Below are positions 23,458 to 24,221 of a stretch of 24,221 nt of DNA, one piece after another. Under the pieces are notes generated by a model. The model did not search any database and was not told where the DNA came from. It saw only the letters and a list, made by a program, of their open reading frames with translations. The translations under genes were made by a program, and so were the position numbers. Every line of letters begins with the position of its first letter. The first letter of the stretch is position 1. The stretch comes from Acidimicrobiaceae bacterium (GTDB lineage: Bacteria; Actinomycetota; Acidimicrobiia; Acidimicrobiales; UBA8190): the NCBI GenBank assembly GCA_003151955.1, contig PLZB01000060.1, positions 1-24,221 on the forward strand. The letters run 5' to 3'.

Positions 23458-24221
23458 GGCTGGGGCGTCTTCATTCGGAACTGCTGCTTCGGGAAGGCCA
23501 TCACCACACCGATCGCTCCTACCAGCACCGTCGCACTCCCAACGTAGAACGGGATCGTCGACGTCGGGCTCCCGACCACCTTGACCCACAACGACCCCGT
23601 GCAGCCTGTCCCGTCCGACCCCACGATCGTCCCGTGGAGGTAGAACAGGCCCGTCACCCCCACTGGGAGGAGCTGGTGCACCGACTGCTGACCTGACGTC
23701 GTCTGTTGCAGCCCCGCGTTGGGCTGTCCCCCGGTCTTGGCCGTGATGCTCGAGATCGACAGCGACCAGTGATGGTTCGTGATCACGCTCTTCGTGGTCC
23801 CCGCGTACTGGACGTAGCCGTGTGGATCGACCAGGAACGGGTGCGATTCCGATGCCGGCTGTGAGACCAGGAGGCCGATCTTCCGACCGCTCTGGTCGAA
23901 CGACCCCGCCGTGCCCGCGCACTCGGCCGACCCCGTCAGCGTTCCGTAGCCAACGACGGGCGGATCCGACGGACCCGGTGCGCTCACCGAGCTCGCCCCC
24001 GTCAGGTCACCGAGCGCCTTGAAGGTGACGATCGGCGCCGCCGCGAACACCACGACCACGAGCCAGACGATCCACTGAGACAGGCCTCCGGTCAGACCGC
24101 TCACCACCGGACCCGTGACCGGGGTGACACCACCCAACGAAGGCGGCGGGGAGAGTGTCGGCGTCGGTGGCGGAGGCAACGTCGGCGTGGGGGTCGGCGT
24201 CGACGTCGGCGTCGGCGTCGG
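23454..24221 (-). CDS. Membrane protein, 5'-partial. It has a Pro/Thr-repeat N-terminal region, a TM, a ~190-aa extracytoplasmic domain containing 3 Cys, and a C-terminal TM.
   Basis: The frame is open to the window edge. The sequence reads (PT)n...LSQWIVWLVVVVFAAAPIV...domain...IPFYVGSATVLVGAIGVVMAF. The 6-bp DNA repeat gtcggc at 24180-24221 encodes the PT repeats. Confidence 0.55.
   Translation of the reverse strand, partial: PTPTPTSTPTPTPTLPPPPTPTLSPPPSLGGVTPVTGPVVSGLTGGLSQWIVWLVVVVFAAAPIVTFKALGDLTGASSVSAPGPSDPPVVGYGTLTGSAECAGTAGSFDQSGRKIGLLVSQPASESHPFLVDPHGYVQYAGTTKSVITNHHWSLSISSITAKTGGQPNAGLQQTTSGQQSVHQLLPVGVTGLFYLHGTIVGSDGTGCTGSLWVKVVGSPTSTIPFYVGSATVLVGAIGVVMAFPKQQFRMKTPQP

Noticed and set aside
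23131-23922. The 263-aa minus ORF extending the small membrane protein upstream to 23922.
   Set aside because: The N-terminal 155 aa (MRGHGGVVRPERSEDRPPG...) overlaps the better-supported Pro/Thr membrane-protein gene in another frame and is low-complexity. The ATGA junction at 23454-23457 supports the short form.
1-24221. CRISPR arrays, tRNA/rRNA genes, transposases or integrases, and phage genes.
   Set aside because: No spaced direct repeats of CRISPR type and no cloverleaf-like tRNA candidates turned up. There is no transposase, integrase or recombinase motif in any frame. The only repeats are the coding tandem repeats at the window edges.

Overview
High-GC (roughly 70% or more) chromosomal segment, most likely Actinomycetota. 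Many genes start with GTG, and many adjacent genes overlap by 4 bp at stop/start junctions (GTGA, ATGA, TGATG). Because of the GC content, nearly all long ORFs in the supplied track on the opposite strand or in a shifted frame are artefacts. I support about 25 genes. From left to right:

- A Pro/Gly-repeat tail (partial, + strand) built from tandem DNA repeats.
- A TetR regulator with an upstream operator palindrome and an apparently leaderless promoter, followed by a DhlA-like haloalkane dehalogenase and a Cys-type (CxPxR) sulfatase.
- A lower-GC ~1.3 kb stretch with one orphan gene and a decayed gene remnant, bracketed by a recurring GAACGTT(T)CCGC motif.
- A carotenoid/stilbene-cleavage oxygenase divergent from a PadR regulator, with a shared palindrome between them.
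- A NUDIX / COG1579 zinc-ribbon / histidine-phosphatase operon that resembles the Rv2230c-Rv2228c neighbourhood.
- A tightly coupled ATP-grasp / HAD / UDP-GlcNAc 2-epimerase operon, convergent on a secreted protein with a Ser/Thr-rich linker.
- An OmpR-type response regulator / histidine kinase / DUF5666-repeat membrane protein operon. It is divergent from a MacB/FtsX-type ABC permease and ATPase, and the promoter region between them is palindrome-rich.
- A MarR-MFS (DHA2-like) efflux pair.
- A FloT-like flotillin that lacks its N-terminal membrane hairpin, preceded by two small membrane-protein genes; the last one runs off the window.

I found no rRNA, tRNA, CRISPR array, transposase or integrase.
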